Made by a program: the position numbers and the translations under genes. The notes below the pieces were generated by a model. The model saw nothing but the letters and a program-made list of their open reading frames with translations. It had not been told where the DNA came from and did no database searches. A DNA stretch of 48,116 nt from an uncultured Collinsella sp. (GTDB lineage Bacteria > Actinomycetota > Coriobacteriia > Coriobacteriales > Coriobacteriaceae), in NCBI GenBank assembly GCA_902468695.1, contig CABQZS010000067.1, forward strand, positions 1 to 48,116, given 5' to 3'. Every line of letters starts with the position of its first letter. Positions within the stretch are counted from its first letter, which is position 1. Positions 40,214 to 48,116 of the stretch are shown piece after piece.

Positions 40214-40951
40214 TTAGTCTTGCGCGTCGTTGACGGCGACCACGATTAGCTGGGTTTTATCGACCGTAAAAGATATGTCGAGCCCGGCAAAGGCCAGGTG
40301 ATAGACGCGGTTTGGCTCGTACTTGCTGCCTGCGCGGCGCGGGTCTTGGCGAAGGACCTCGACCAAGCCGGGGAGCTTTGCGGGCGAGACCATATCCTGC
40401 AGCGCCTGCGGAAACTCAACATCGAGCTCTTGCCACGGAGCATCCTCAATCCAGCCGCCCGTTGCATCCGGGTGGCAGTCCGCAAACGGAATGTAGGGCT
40501 TAATGTCGTAGATGGGCGTGCCGTCGCGCAGGTCGGCCCCCAACACATGGATGATGGGGCCATCGTCGGTGAGCTCGACGCGATCGAGCTTGACGCAGGT
40601 AAGCCCAATGGGATTAGGGCGAAACGGACTGCGCGTGGCAAACACTCCCACGCGCTCGGCTCCGCCCAGACGCGGCGGGCGCACGGTCTTCGACCACTTG
40701 ACGTTGGTGCCGGACCTGTCCTGCGACTTGGCATCGGCAGCTATGTCCTTAGCCGTGCCGCCGGGCGTTCCGTTTTCAAAGCGCCACAGCAGCCACAGGT
40801 GAGAGAAGGAGTCCAAACCCTCAACCGCCGCATTGGAGGCAAATTCCTGCTCAAAGACGATGCGTCCCTGCAGATGGGGCGCCAAAAAGCTGTTGCGCGG
40901 AATGCCAAACTTCTGCGGCAGATCGGTATGTATGTGTGCGATAGGTTCCAT
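40214..40951 (-). CDS. tsaA: tRNA m6t6A37 methyltransferase TsaA/TrmO
   Basis: KFGIPR, VRPPRLGG..R.GVFATRSPFRPNPIGL, DGTPIYDIKPY; the start lies well inside the 532-aa track ORF. Confidence 0.9.
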   Translation of the reverse strand: MEPIAHIHTDLPQKFGIPRNSFLAPHLQGRIVFEQEFASNAAVEGLDSFSHLWLLWRFENGTPGGTAKDIAADAKSQDRSGTNVKWSKTVRPPRLGGAERVGVFATRSPFRPNPIGLTCVKLDRVELTDDGPIIHVLGADLRDGTPIYDIKPYIPFADCHPDATGGWIEDAPWQELDVEFPQALQDMVSPAKLPGLVEVLRQDPRRAGSKYEPNRVYHLAFAGLDISFTVDKTQLIVVAVNDAQD

Positions 40952-41092
40952 GCCGGTCATTGTACGGCATGGAGGCGTGGGGCGTTGTGCGCAATTCTTC
41001 GCCGCGGTCCCCCGTCGTGCAACCAACGGTTGCTTGGAAGGGCGCCTGCCGCCGCGTATGCTTAAGCCATCAACCAGCAGAAAGGAGCCGCT

Positions 41093-41920
41093 ATGGCCTT
41101 TGCAGAAAAGCTCATTGCCATCCGTCGCGCCCATCACCTTACCCAAGAGCAGCTCGCCGCCAAGCTCTTCGTCACGCGCCAAGCCGTGAGCCGCTGGGAA
41201 CGCGGCGAAGTCACCCCTGGCATCGACATGATGAAGCTCATTGCCGCCGTAACCGGAGAGCCGCTGCCCCACCTGCTCGAAATGCCCGAGCACTATTGCC
41301 AGAGCTGCGGCATGATACTCACGCCCGAAGACTGCGGCACCGACGCCACGGGCGCCACGACCGACCATTACTGCAAGTGGTGCTACGACCACGGCAAGTA
41401 CACCTACGACACCACCATGGAGGCGATGATTGAGGATTGTGCCCCGCGGCTGGCGCAAAACACCGGCATGTCGCTCGACGAAGCCGTCTCGCTCATGGGC
41501 GCCGTGCTGCCGCAACTGGAGCGCTGGCACACCGTGCAGGAAAACGAAGAGCGCTACGGCGCCGAAGCCCGGAAGCGCTACGGCGACGAGGCGATCGACG
41601 CAGCAAACGAAGCACTGCTGGACATGGACCCCGAGGCATGGAACGACATGAAGGAACTTGAACGCGCTATTCTGGGCCAACTCTCGATTGCCATGGGCGA
41701 TGGCGATGCGAATGGAAGCGAGGCTCGCAAGCTTGTCGCGATGCATCGTCGTTGGATTGGTCTCAACTGGGGACGCGAACCCCAGAACGAAGCGTACCTG
41801 GGCCTCGCCCACGGCTATCTTGCCGACCGGCGCTTTATCGACTACTGCGACAAGCCCTGCGGCACCGGAGCTACGGCGTTTCTGGTCCAGGCCATCGAGT
41901 CGTCGTTGACGTGCGCATAG
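41093..41920 (+). CDS. XRE-HTH / zinc-ribbon / TipAS-like three-domain regulator
   Basis: LTQEQLA..LFVTRQAVSRWE; CQSCGM...YCKWCY...LERW; EAR.RYG...H..W....Y.GLA..Y.AD.RF. Confidence 0.82.
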   Translation: MAFAEKLIAIRRAHHLTQEQLAAKLFVTRQAVSRWERGEVTPGIDMMKLIAAVTGEPLPHLLEMPEHYCQSCGMILTPEDCGTDATGATTDHYCKWCYDHGKYTYDTTMEAMIEDCAPRLAQNTGMSLDEAVSLMGAVLPQLERWHTVQENEERYGAEARKRYGDEAIDAANEALLDMDPEAWNDMKELERAILGQLSIAMGDGDANGSEARKLVAMHRRWIGLNWGREPQNEAYLGLAHGYLADRRFIDYCDKPCGTGATAFLVQAIESSLTCA

Positions 41921-41971
41921 ACTGCGGCGGCTTTGGGTATTTCAATCGAAACCTCAACCGATTGGAGACCC

Positions 41972-42217
41972 ATGGCTACTGATCATGAACTCGCGCTCTA
42001 CGTTATGACCGGCTGCCCGTATTGCTTAAAGGTCAAGCGCTTTTTGGCCGATAACGGCGTAACCATTCCCGAGCGCAATATCTCGACCGATTCCGATGCC
42101 GAGCAGACGCTCATCGCCGTCGGCGGAAAGCGCCAGGTTCCCTGCCTGTTCATTGACGGCAAGCCGCTCTACGAATCGAGCGACATCATCGCGTGGGTGC
42201 AGAAGAACCTGCTCTAG
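41972..42217 (+). CDS. Glutaredoxin-like protein
   Basis: CPYC, QVPCLFIDG...YES.DI. Confidence 0.92.
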   Translation: MATDHELALYVMTGCPYCLKVKRFLADNGVTIPERNISTDSDAEQTLIAVGGKRQVPCLFIDGKPLYESSDIIAWVQKNLL

Positions 42218-42257
42218 CACGCGCATTGCAACCGGCCTACCCCAACCCATACGGCCG

Positions 42258-42322
42258 AACATGTACGCCAGTATCCAAAGTCGACATTTTTCGACATCTC
42301 TGGATGCTGGCGTACAACTTTT
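42258..42322. repeat. ~65-bp palindromic element, copy 1
   Basis: AACATGTACGCCAGTATCCAAAGTCGACATTTTTCGACATCTCTGGATGCTGGCGTACAACTTTT. Confidence 0.85.
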
Positions 42323-42402
42323 GGGTAGCCATGGACGCTCTTAACCGGCTAATTGTTTGAGGCGACCTTTGGATTATGGCTGTTTGATGCCTCGGGAAAG
42401 AG

Positions 42403-42657
42403 TTTCCGAGGGAGCTATGGTCAAAAAAGGGCAAATATGAGTACTGCTACCTGTTTAGTAGCAGCAATTTTGATCATTTCAGGAACTATTCAACGTTCCA
42501 CTCGTCCACAGACGACGTTATTTCTCCTCATATGTTCAATAAACGTAGCTCTTAATGGGAACAAATCTCATCAGGAGCTACTATTTATAGCAAAATAAAT
42601 GCAACCAAAATGGCAACAGTACTCATATTTGCCCTTTTTTGACCACGACCCTCCAGA
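42403..42657. repeat. Long imperfect inverted repeat (MITE-like or long hairpin)
   Basis: TGGTCAAAAAAGGGCAAATATGAGTACTG (~42418) is exactly inverted at ~42617-42645; weaker similarity extends on both sides. Confidence 0.75.
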
Positions 42658-42745
42658 ATAGTCGCTGAGAACGACACTAAATGACAAAATCCGGCACTTG
42701 GACGTTCTTGTATGACTAGCCATTGAAGGACACCCAACGACTACT

Positions 42746-42800
42746 CCAATTCGCGACACACTGCGCCGCGAATTAAGCTGGTCCCACTATCGAAGACCGG
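42746..42800 (+). pseudogene. Scar of a DUF1016/YhcG-family nuclease gene
   Basis: Reads PIRDTLRRELSWSHYRR, the characteristic LSWSHY motif, with no surrounding full-length ORF. Confidence 0.55.
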
Positions 42801-43050
42801 TGAGAGCTCCTGCCCAGAATCTCGATAGCTTAATAAAACGCTCCCCTCCGGAAGTTTAACGAGCATCCAAATTCCAAGCTGAAAAGCAAAGGAGTATCGA
42901 AGCCGTCAATGCTCATTTCCTATCGAGCAGGCGGATCAAAACAAGCTAATTAGCCCGATAAACTGCTTGTATTTTTGTCTACAAAACTATATACAAAAAA
43001 GGGAATCCGAGAACCAGCGCTCGACATCATGTCGATCGATAGGAGGCGCC

Positions 43051-43317
43051 ATGGATGCTAAGCAGCTTGAAAAGATGATGGGGTTTGCCCCCGGAGAGTT
43101 GAAGAAAGCCGCGGAGGCATACGAAAAAGATGAGTGCCCGAAGGGTCGCACCATCAAGCTGGGAAGGCCGTCGATCTCCGATGAGCCAAGCGTTGTTTTA
43201 TCGGCACGTGTGGGTGAATCGGTTCTTGAAGCGTTTGACGAGAAGGCAAAGCGCCATGGGCAAACACGCACAGAGCGACTCAGAGAACTCATTACCCTTG
43301 ACGCAAGGATTGCCTAG
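43051..43317 (+). CDS. Ribbon-helix-helix (CopG-like) protein, antitoxin-like
   Basis: AGGAGG RBS; GRPS...VVLSARV...L..FD..A...G.TR.E.LR. Confidence 0.75.
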   Translation: MDAKQLEKMMGFAPGELKKAAEAYEKDECPKGRTIKLGRPSISDEPSVVLSARVGESVLEAFDEKAKRHGQTRTERLRELITLDARIA

Positions 43318-43334
43318 TCACCCCACCGAACCCA

Positions 43335-43399
43335 AACACGTACGGCAGCATCCAAAGTCGACATTTTTCGACATCTTTGGATGCTGGCGTACAGCTTTT
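43335..43399. repeat. ~65-bp palindromic element, copy 2 (direct repeat of 42258)
   Basis: AACACGTACGGCAGCATCCAAAGTCGACATTTTTCGACATCTTTGGATGCTGGCGTACAGCTTTT. Confidence 0.85.
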
Positions 43400-43406
43400 T
43401 GCAACA

Positions 43407-43462
43407 TAGTCATTGGGGACGTTCTTAGATGACTAGTCGTTAAAGAACGTCCCCGATGACTA
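43407..43462. repeat. Family B REP-like doublet
   Basis: TAGTCATTGGGGACGTTCTTA-gatgactagtcgt-TAAAGAACGTCCCCGATGACTA. Confidence 0.85.
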
Positions 43463-43463
43463 A

Positions 43464-44417
43464 CTAGCCGTGGAAGCGAGCCGTGGGTGCAAGCGGCTGT
43501 TCGCGAAAGACGCGCTCGACGGCAGCGCGGTATTCGTCGACCTTTTTGGTCTTACGCACGAGCTTGTGAACGGTAGCGGGGTCGGCGAAAGCGCACTTGG
43601 CGTAGAACCACCACTCCTTCATACGAAAGACCGCGTTGCCGCCAATCTCTTCTGCATAGGCCGCAAACAGCGTGTCGTGGAAGCGCTGCAGCTCGGCTGC
43701 CGTGGCAGCAGGACCGCCGTTGACCATGCGAGCCAGAGCGGGGTTCGCGAGCAGGCCGCGTCCCAGCATTACATGGCGCGTGCCGGGATAGGCCTCCACC
43801 AGCGCGTCCATATCCTCAAGATCGAAAATGTCGCCGTTATAGGCCACGGGGAACGGCGCGCGTTCCAGCGTCTCGCCGTAAAACTCCTTGCGCGGCGATC
43901 CCGTATAGCGGTCCTTTTGCACACGCGGGTGCACGATCAGCTCTGCCAACGGCATGCGGCAATACAGATCGAGCACGCGCTCGTACTCGTCATCACTTTC
44001 CAACCCCAACCTTGTCTTGACCGACACCGGCAACGGCGACCGCTCGCACACATCGCTTAAGAACGCCTCGAGCTCGTCGAGATTACGCAAGAAACCCGAG
44101 CCCTTGCCCTTGGCAACAACCGTTCCCGAGGGGCAACCCAGGTTGAGATTGACCTCGCGATAGCCCATGTCGGCGAGCACCTGCGCCGCCCACACAAACT
44201 CGTCCGCGTTCTTGGACATCAGCTGAGGCACTACGTTGAGCCCCTGGTTATTGGCAGGATCGATCTCCTTAAACGCCTTGCCGCCAAAGCGGTTTCCCAC
44301 CCGCGGCGGCGGCAAAAACGGCGTGTAATAGCAATCGAGCGCGCCGAAGCACTCCGCATGCACGCGACGGAACACATGCCCGGTAATCCCCTCCATAGGG
44401 GCCAACGATAGAATCAT
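43464..44417 (-). CDS. tRNA-dihydrouridine synthase family protein
   Basis: LAPMEGIT, NLNLGCP, SVKTRLG, VHPR, YNGDI, MLGRG. Confidence 0.92.
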   Translation of the reverse strand: MILSLAPMEGITGHVFRRVHAECFGALDCYYTPFLPPPRVGNRFGGKAFKEIDPANNQGLNVVPQLMSKNADEFVWAAQVLADMGYREVNLNLGCPSGTVVAKGKGSGFLRNLDELEAFLSDVCERSPLPVSVKTRLGLESDDEYERVLDLYCRMPLAELIVHPRVQKDRYTGSPRKEFYGETLERAPFPVAYNGDIFDLEDMDALVEAYPGTRHVMLGRGLLANPALARMVNGGPAATAAELQRFHDTLFAAYAEEIGGNAVFRMKEWWFYAKCAFADPATVHKLVRKTKKVDEYRAAVERVFREQPLAPTARFHG

Positions 44418-44442
44418 CTACTCTTCTCTCATATCAACGAAC

Positions 44443-44469
44443 GTGACAAAGGGACTGTCCCTTTGTCAC
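44443..44469. repeat. REP-like palindrome, family A perfect copy
   Basis: GTGACAAAGGGAC-T-GTCCCTTTGTCAC. Confidence 0.8.
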
Positions 44470-44470
44470 A

Positions 44471-47400
44471 TTATTCGGAGCGCAGGGCTTCCACGGGATC
44501 CTTTTTGGATGCGCTGCGGGCAGGCAGCAGGCCGGCAACGACCGTCAGCAGCACCGAAATCGCGATGAGCACCAACGCATCCTGCACGGGCAGACTCATT
44601 AGGTTGGGGACCTGCTTGGCCGCAAGCGCCCAAGCATTGACCGGGAAGCTCACGGCCACCACGACGACAACAGCAAAGACGCCGGCAATGAGGCCCTCGA
44701 TAAAGGTCTCGGCGTTGAACACGTTTGCCACGTTACGCTTCGACGCGCCAATCGCACGCAGAATGCCAATCTCCTTTTTGCGCTCCAGCACGCTGATGTA
44801 CGTGATGATGCCGATCATGATGGAGCTCACCACCAGGCTGATGCTTACGAATGCGATGAGCACCAAGCTGATGGTGTTCACGATGTCGGTCACCGAACCC
44901 ATGATGATGCCCATGTAGTCGGTGTACGAGATTGTCTGCTCGTCGTGGCCGGCGGCTTTGACTTGCTTGTTGTAGGCATCGATATGGTCGAGTACGCGCT
45001 CCTTGGCCTCAAAGTCGCGCGGGAAAATCTTGACCGAGATGGGGTCCGCCTCATCCGCATAGCCCAACGTGGTCAGATTGTTGTCGTAGGTGAGCTTCGA
45101 CGCCTTGGCGTAACTCATCATGAGCGAACTCAGATCCTCGGCGTCCATGTTGAAGTGAATAGCATTGGCAAAGGCGCTCGCATCCACACGCATAGCGCTC
45201 GCCAGGTTGGCAAAACTCGATGACATCTGCGTCGCCATCTGGTCCATAAGCCCCGCTGCGCCCGCCTTGAGCTGGGACGATACCGTCGACGCTACCTGCT
45301 CGCTGATTGCCTTCATCACCTGATCCATAGCCTGCTGCAGATACGGAGCCAGCTGCTTTTGCACATAGTCGCTCATCGCCTGCTGCAGACGCTCGGCCAG
45401 GGCATCGCCGCCGAGCGCTTTGAGCTGGGCCAGGATTTGCTGGGCTGTGTCATCATTCTCAAGATACGTCGAGAATGCGGCAGCAAGCTTTGACGCATCC
45501 TTAAAGTCTTCGGGTGACAGTGCCCCAAACTGATCAGACTGCAAAAAGCCCTCAAACAGCTGGTTGGCTAGTGTTCCCACCTGCTGCATTTGCTCGGGCG
45601 TGAGCTCAAGACCGTCCAAGATGCCCGAGAAATCTGGTGCCGGCGCTTTGGCCATGATGTCGCTGAAGTCGATGTCCTTGCCAACGCCCGAAAGGTCAAT
45701 GTCCAGCCCCGACAGATCGATGCCAGAAAGGTCCATACCGCCGGCTGCACCCGAGAGCGCAGATGTATCGAACGAAAACGCGCTCTTAAGTGCCGCCTCG
45801 TCCACGCTGAACATGCTGCCCAGATCCACGCCTTGCTTGGCCTCGCCCTGCAGTTCGTCGAAGGTTTTGCCCGTAAAGACATCCGTCTCGGGGTGGGCGA
45901 GTTGTTCCTGCACAATCTGCGAATCGGCGGCGCGCTCCATAAGCTGGCGAGTCAGCGCATGCGTGTAGGCAATGCCCGGGGACAACGCGCTCGCGTTGGC
46001 GGTCTCGTTGGGTCGTACCACGCCCACAATGTGCACGTCGATACCGTCGGCAACCTTGGCGGCCATAAAGTCGGTGTCGCCAGACATATCGGTCCACATG
46101 CCGGTCTCTTCGTTTTTGCGATAGGCATCGGCCGGCGACAGCACCTTAAACGTCGTGGACAGCGCATCGTCGTAGGTAAAGTCGGTGCCGGTCTCGGGCG
46201 TTTCGACCCCACCGTCAGCCGTCATAGCGCTGTTTACCAGATCGTTGAGCTCATCGATATCCAGCGCACCGATGCTGTAGAGCGTGTAGTCGCCCACCGT
46301 ACCGCGGCTCGAAAGCACCATCACGGCTTCGTTGGCGGACGTAGGCCAATGGCCGGCGACGACATCGTACTGGCTGTCGAGCAGGCTCTGGTCGTCGATC
46401 ATCTCGTTGAAGACCGAGGTTCCCATGGATTCCATGCTCACCGTTGCCGCCGAGCTCGCGCCTCCGCTCATGGCCTCGGTCATGGCGTTGGGCACCAGCC
46501 GAACGGGCTTCTCATCGCCCTTGCCAGCACGATAGACAACCGGCGATACACCGTAGCCGTACTGAATGGCGTTGACCTCTTTATCGATGCCGTCGCCACC
46601 GGCATCGAGCCATGCCTTAAAGCTCGTCATGTCGTTGGACTTAACGCTTGCAAACATATCCTTTACGGCCGTGACCACAGGAATCTTATCGGCTCCCTGA
46701 GCCTTGCCGCCGGCACTGTCGTCGGACAACTCCACGTTTTCAGGCGAGTCATCATCCGCAGTTCCCTGCCCACCCATCATGGACGACAGGTCGTAGTCCT
46801 GCTTGGAAATGGTGAGCGGGTAGCTCGAGAGCGTATCCTCCTCGACCTTTTTGATGTAGCCGTTTACGCCATTGGACAGCGCCAGAATCGCCGCGATGCC
46901 GATAATGCCAATCGAGCCCGCAAAGGCAGTCATGGCCGTGCGGCCCTTCTTGGTCATGAGGTTTCGGGCAGAAAGCCCCAGCGCCGTCACAAAGCTCATC
47001 GAGGTTTTGCGCGTAGGCTTGGCCTCGCGACGCGCGGCCTTTGCTACATCAAAGGGGTCGGAATCGTCGGTGATCTTGCCGTCCGCCAGGTTGACGATGC
47101 GTGTGGCGTACTGGTACGCCAGCTCGGGATTGTGCGTGACCATAATAACCAGACGGTCGCGCGCCACGTCCTTGAGCAGATCCATGACCTGTACGGATGT
47201 CGTTGAATCCAAAGCGCCGGTCGGCTCGTCGGCCAGCACAATCTCGGGATCATTGATCAGAGCGCGGGCAATGGCCACGCGCTGCATCTGCCCACCCGAA
47301 AGCTGACTCGGGCGCTTGTTAACGTGCTCGCCCAGACCGACTGCCTCGAGCGCCTTGCGTGCACGCTGGCGGCGCTCGGCATGCCCCACGCCCGTGAGCG

Positions 47401-47725
47401 TGAGCGCCAGCTCCACGTTTTCCAAAATGGTCTGATGCGGAATGAGGTTATAGCTTTGGAACACAAAGCCGATGCGGTTGTTGCGGTAGGCATCCCAATC
47501 GCGATCGTGAAAGTCTTTGGTCGAAATACCGTCGATCAGCAGGTCGCCAGAATCGAAATGATCGAGCCCACCGATAACGTTGAGCATCGTAGTTTTGCCC
47601 GACCCCGAAGGTCCCAGAATGGCCACGAACTCGTTATCGCGAAAAGCCAGGCTCACGCTGTCGAGCGCCACCTGCGTAAACGACTGCGTAACGTACCTTT
47701 TGCAAATACCTTTGAGCTCCAGCAT
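44471..47725 (-). CDS. MacB/FtsX-like ABC transporter, fused ATPase-permease
   Basis: GPSGSGKTT, LSGGQMQR, DEPTG; C-terminal ERKKEIGILRAIGA...DPVEALRSE. Confidence 0.93.
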   Translation of the reverse strand: MLELKGICKRYVTQSFTQVALDSVSLAFRDNEFVAILGPSGSGKTTMLNVIGGLDHFDSGDLLIDGISTKDFHDRDWDAYRNNRIGFVFQSYNLIPHQTILENVELALTLTGVGHAERRQRARKALEAVGLGEHVNKRPSQLSGGQMQRVAIARALINDPEIVLADEPTGALDSTTSVQVMDLLKDVARDRLVIMVTHNPELAYQYATRIVNLADGKITDDSDPFDVAKAARREAKPTRKTSMSFVTALGLSARNLMTKKGRTAMTAFAGSIGIIGIAAILALSNGVNGYIKKVEEDTLSSYPLTISKQDYDLSSMMGGQGTADDDSPENVELSDDSAGGKAQGADKIPVVTAVKDMFASVKSNDMTSFKAWLDAGGDGIDKEVNAIQYGYGVSPVVYRAGKGDEKPVRLVPNAMTEAMSGGASSAATVSMESMGTSVFNEMIDDQSLLDSQYDVVAGHWPTSANEAVMVLSSRGTVGDYTLYSIGALDIDELNDLVNSAMTADGGVETPETGTDFTYDDALSTTFKVLSPADAYRKNEETGMWTDMSGDTDFMAAKVADGIDVHIVGVVRPNETANASALSPGIAYTHALTRQLMERAADSQIVQEQLAHPETDVFTGKTFDELQGEAKQGVDLGSMFSVDEAALKSAFSFDTSALSGAAGGMDLSGIDLSGLDIDLSGVGKDIDFSDIMAKAPAPDFSGILDGLELTPEQMQQVGTLANQLFEGFLQSDQFGALSPEDFKDASKLAAAFSTYLENDDTAQQILAQLKALGGDALAERLQQAMSDYVQKQLAPYLQQAMDQVMKAISEQVASTVSSQLKAGAAGLMDQMATQMSSSFANLASAMRVDASAFANAIHFNMDAEDLSSLMMSYAKASKLTYDNNLTTLGYADEADPISVKIFPRDFEAKERVLDHIDAYNKQVKAAGHDEQTISYTDYMGIIMGSVTDIVNTISLVLIAFVSISLVVSSIMIGIITYISVLERKKEIGILRAIGASKRNVANVFNAETFIEGLIAGVFAVVVVVAVSFPVNAWALAAKQVPNLMSLPVQDALVLIAISVLLTVVAGLLPARSASKKDPVEALRSE

Positions 47726-47878
47726 GGACGGCAACCTCTCCTGCGCAGGCACATTCGCCCGCTCTCCCCCGCCGTTCGTATTCGACGCGTTTGTCCTACT
47801 CTATCCCCATTTTTTGCCGACGCCAGTGAGGAATGTAACAAACCGCGCCAAAAAACGAACGGGACGGCGCCCAAAAGA

Positions 47879-47900
47879 AGAGGTCCCGAGCGGGACCTCT
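47879..47900 (-). terminator. Stem-loop downstream of the TlpA-like gene
   Basis: AGAGGTCCCG-ag-CGGGACCTCT followed by TCTTTT on the minus strand. Confidence 0.6.
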
Positions 47901-47979
47901 ATATGGTGGAGATTATCTTGAAAGGCAGCGGACTACTCCGCACAGCGGCGCACGATCCTCGCCATGCTTTACGCGTTTT

Positions 47980-48116
47980 TTACTGCTCGCTATTCGCAAT
48001 CGCCTGGTCGATAAGCTTGTCGAGTGCTGCGCGCTGCTCGGCGGAGCTGATGGCTCCCACGATTGGATCCCCTACGATGTTGCCATTCTGATCGATGACA
48101 TACGTTGTCGGGAACG
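47980..48116 (-). CDS. TlpA-like thioredoxin-fold protein, C-terminal part (runs off the window end)
   Basis: FPTTYVIDQNGNIVGDPIVGAISSAEQRAALDKLIDQAIANSEQ*. Confidence 0.7.
   Translation of the reverse strand, partial: FPTTYVIDQNGNIVGDPIVGAISSAEQRAALDKLIDQAIANSEQ

Noticed and set aside
40214..41812. 532-aa extended TsaA fusion
   Set aside because: The N-terminal extension is antisense to the real regulator at 41093; TsaA homology begins near 40951.
42353..42759. Short ORFs 42353..42598 and 42571..42759 as proteins
   Set aside because: They are mirror read-throughs of the long inverted repeat and have no domain signal.

Overview
GC-rich bacterial chromosomal window. Gene content, codon style and repeats suggest Coriobacteriia, probably Collinsella (inference). 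It holds about 45 CDSs, mostly housekeeping, transport, signalling and RNA-modification genes: thiE end, patatin, GGDEF protein, CobW, trmL, UvrA-like, TetM-like GTPase, rsmJ-like, rlmA-like, MATE, LysR/EamA, ung, VUT+SDR, prfC, GntR-ABC, ClC, LOG, K+ channel, two hybrid kinases, PatB, tsaA, Dus and a MacB-like ABC. There are two AT-richer accessory patches. The first (~6.3-9.2 kb) carries a serine resolvase and two exported proteins and sits next to an AAA-wHTH ATPase. The second (~42.3-43.4 kb) is bounded by ~65-bp palindromic direct repeats and contains a long inverted repeat, a DUF1016 scar and an orphan RHH gene. Best leads: (1) a preQ1-I-like riboswitch candidate ahead of a queuosine-precursor transporter coupled to an SDR; (2) two AAA-wHTH paralogs, each preceded by its own helically phased triple direct repeat, converging around a UvrA-like gene; (3) a stand-alone multi-stem small RNA candidate at ~16.16-16.31 kb; (4) two related REP-like palindrome families, one of which supplies stop codons; (5) an unlisted 47-aa membrane sORF. 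All family calls come from motif recognition by eye; no database search was run.
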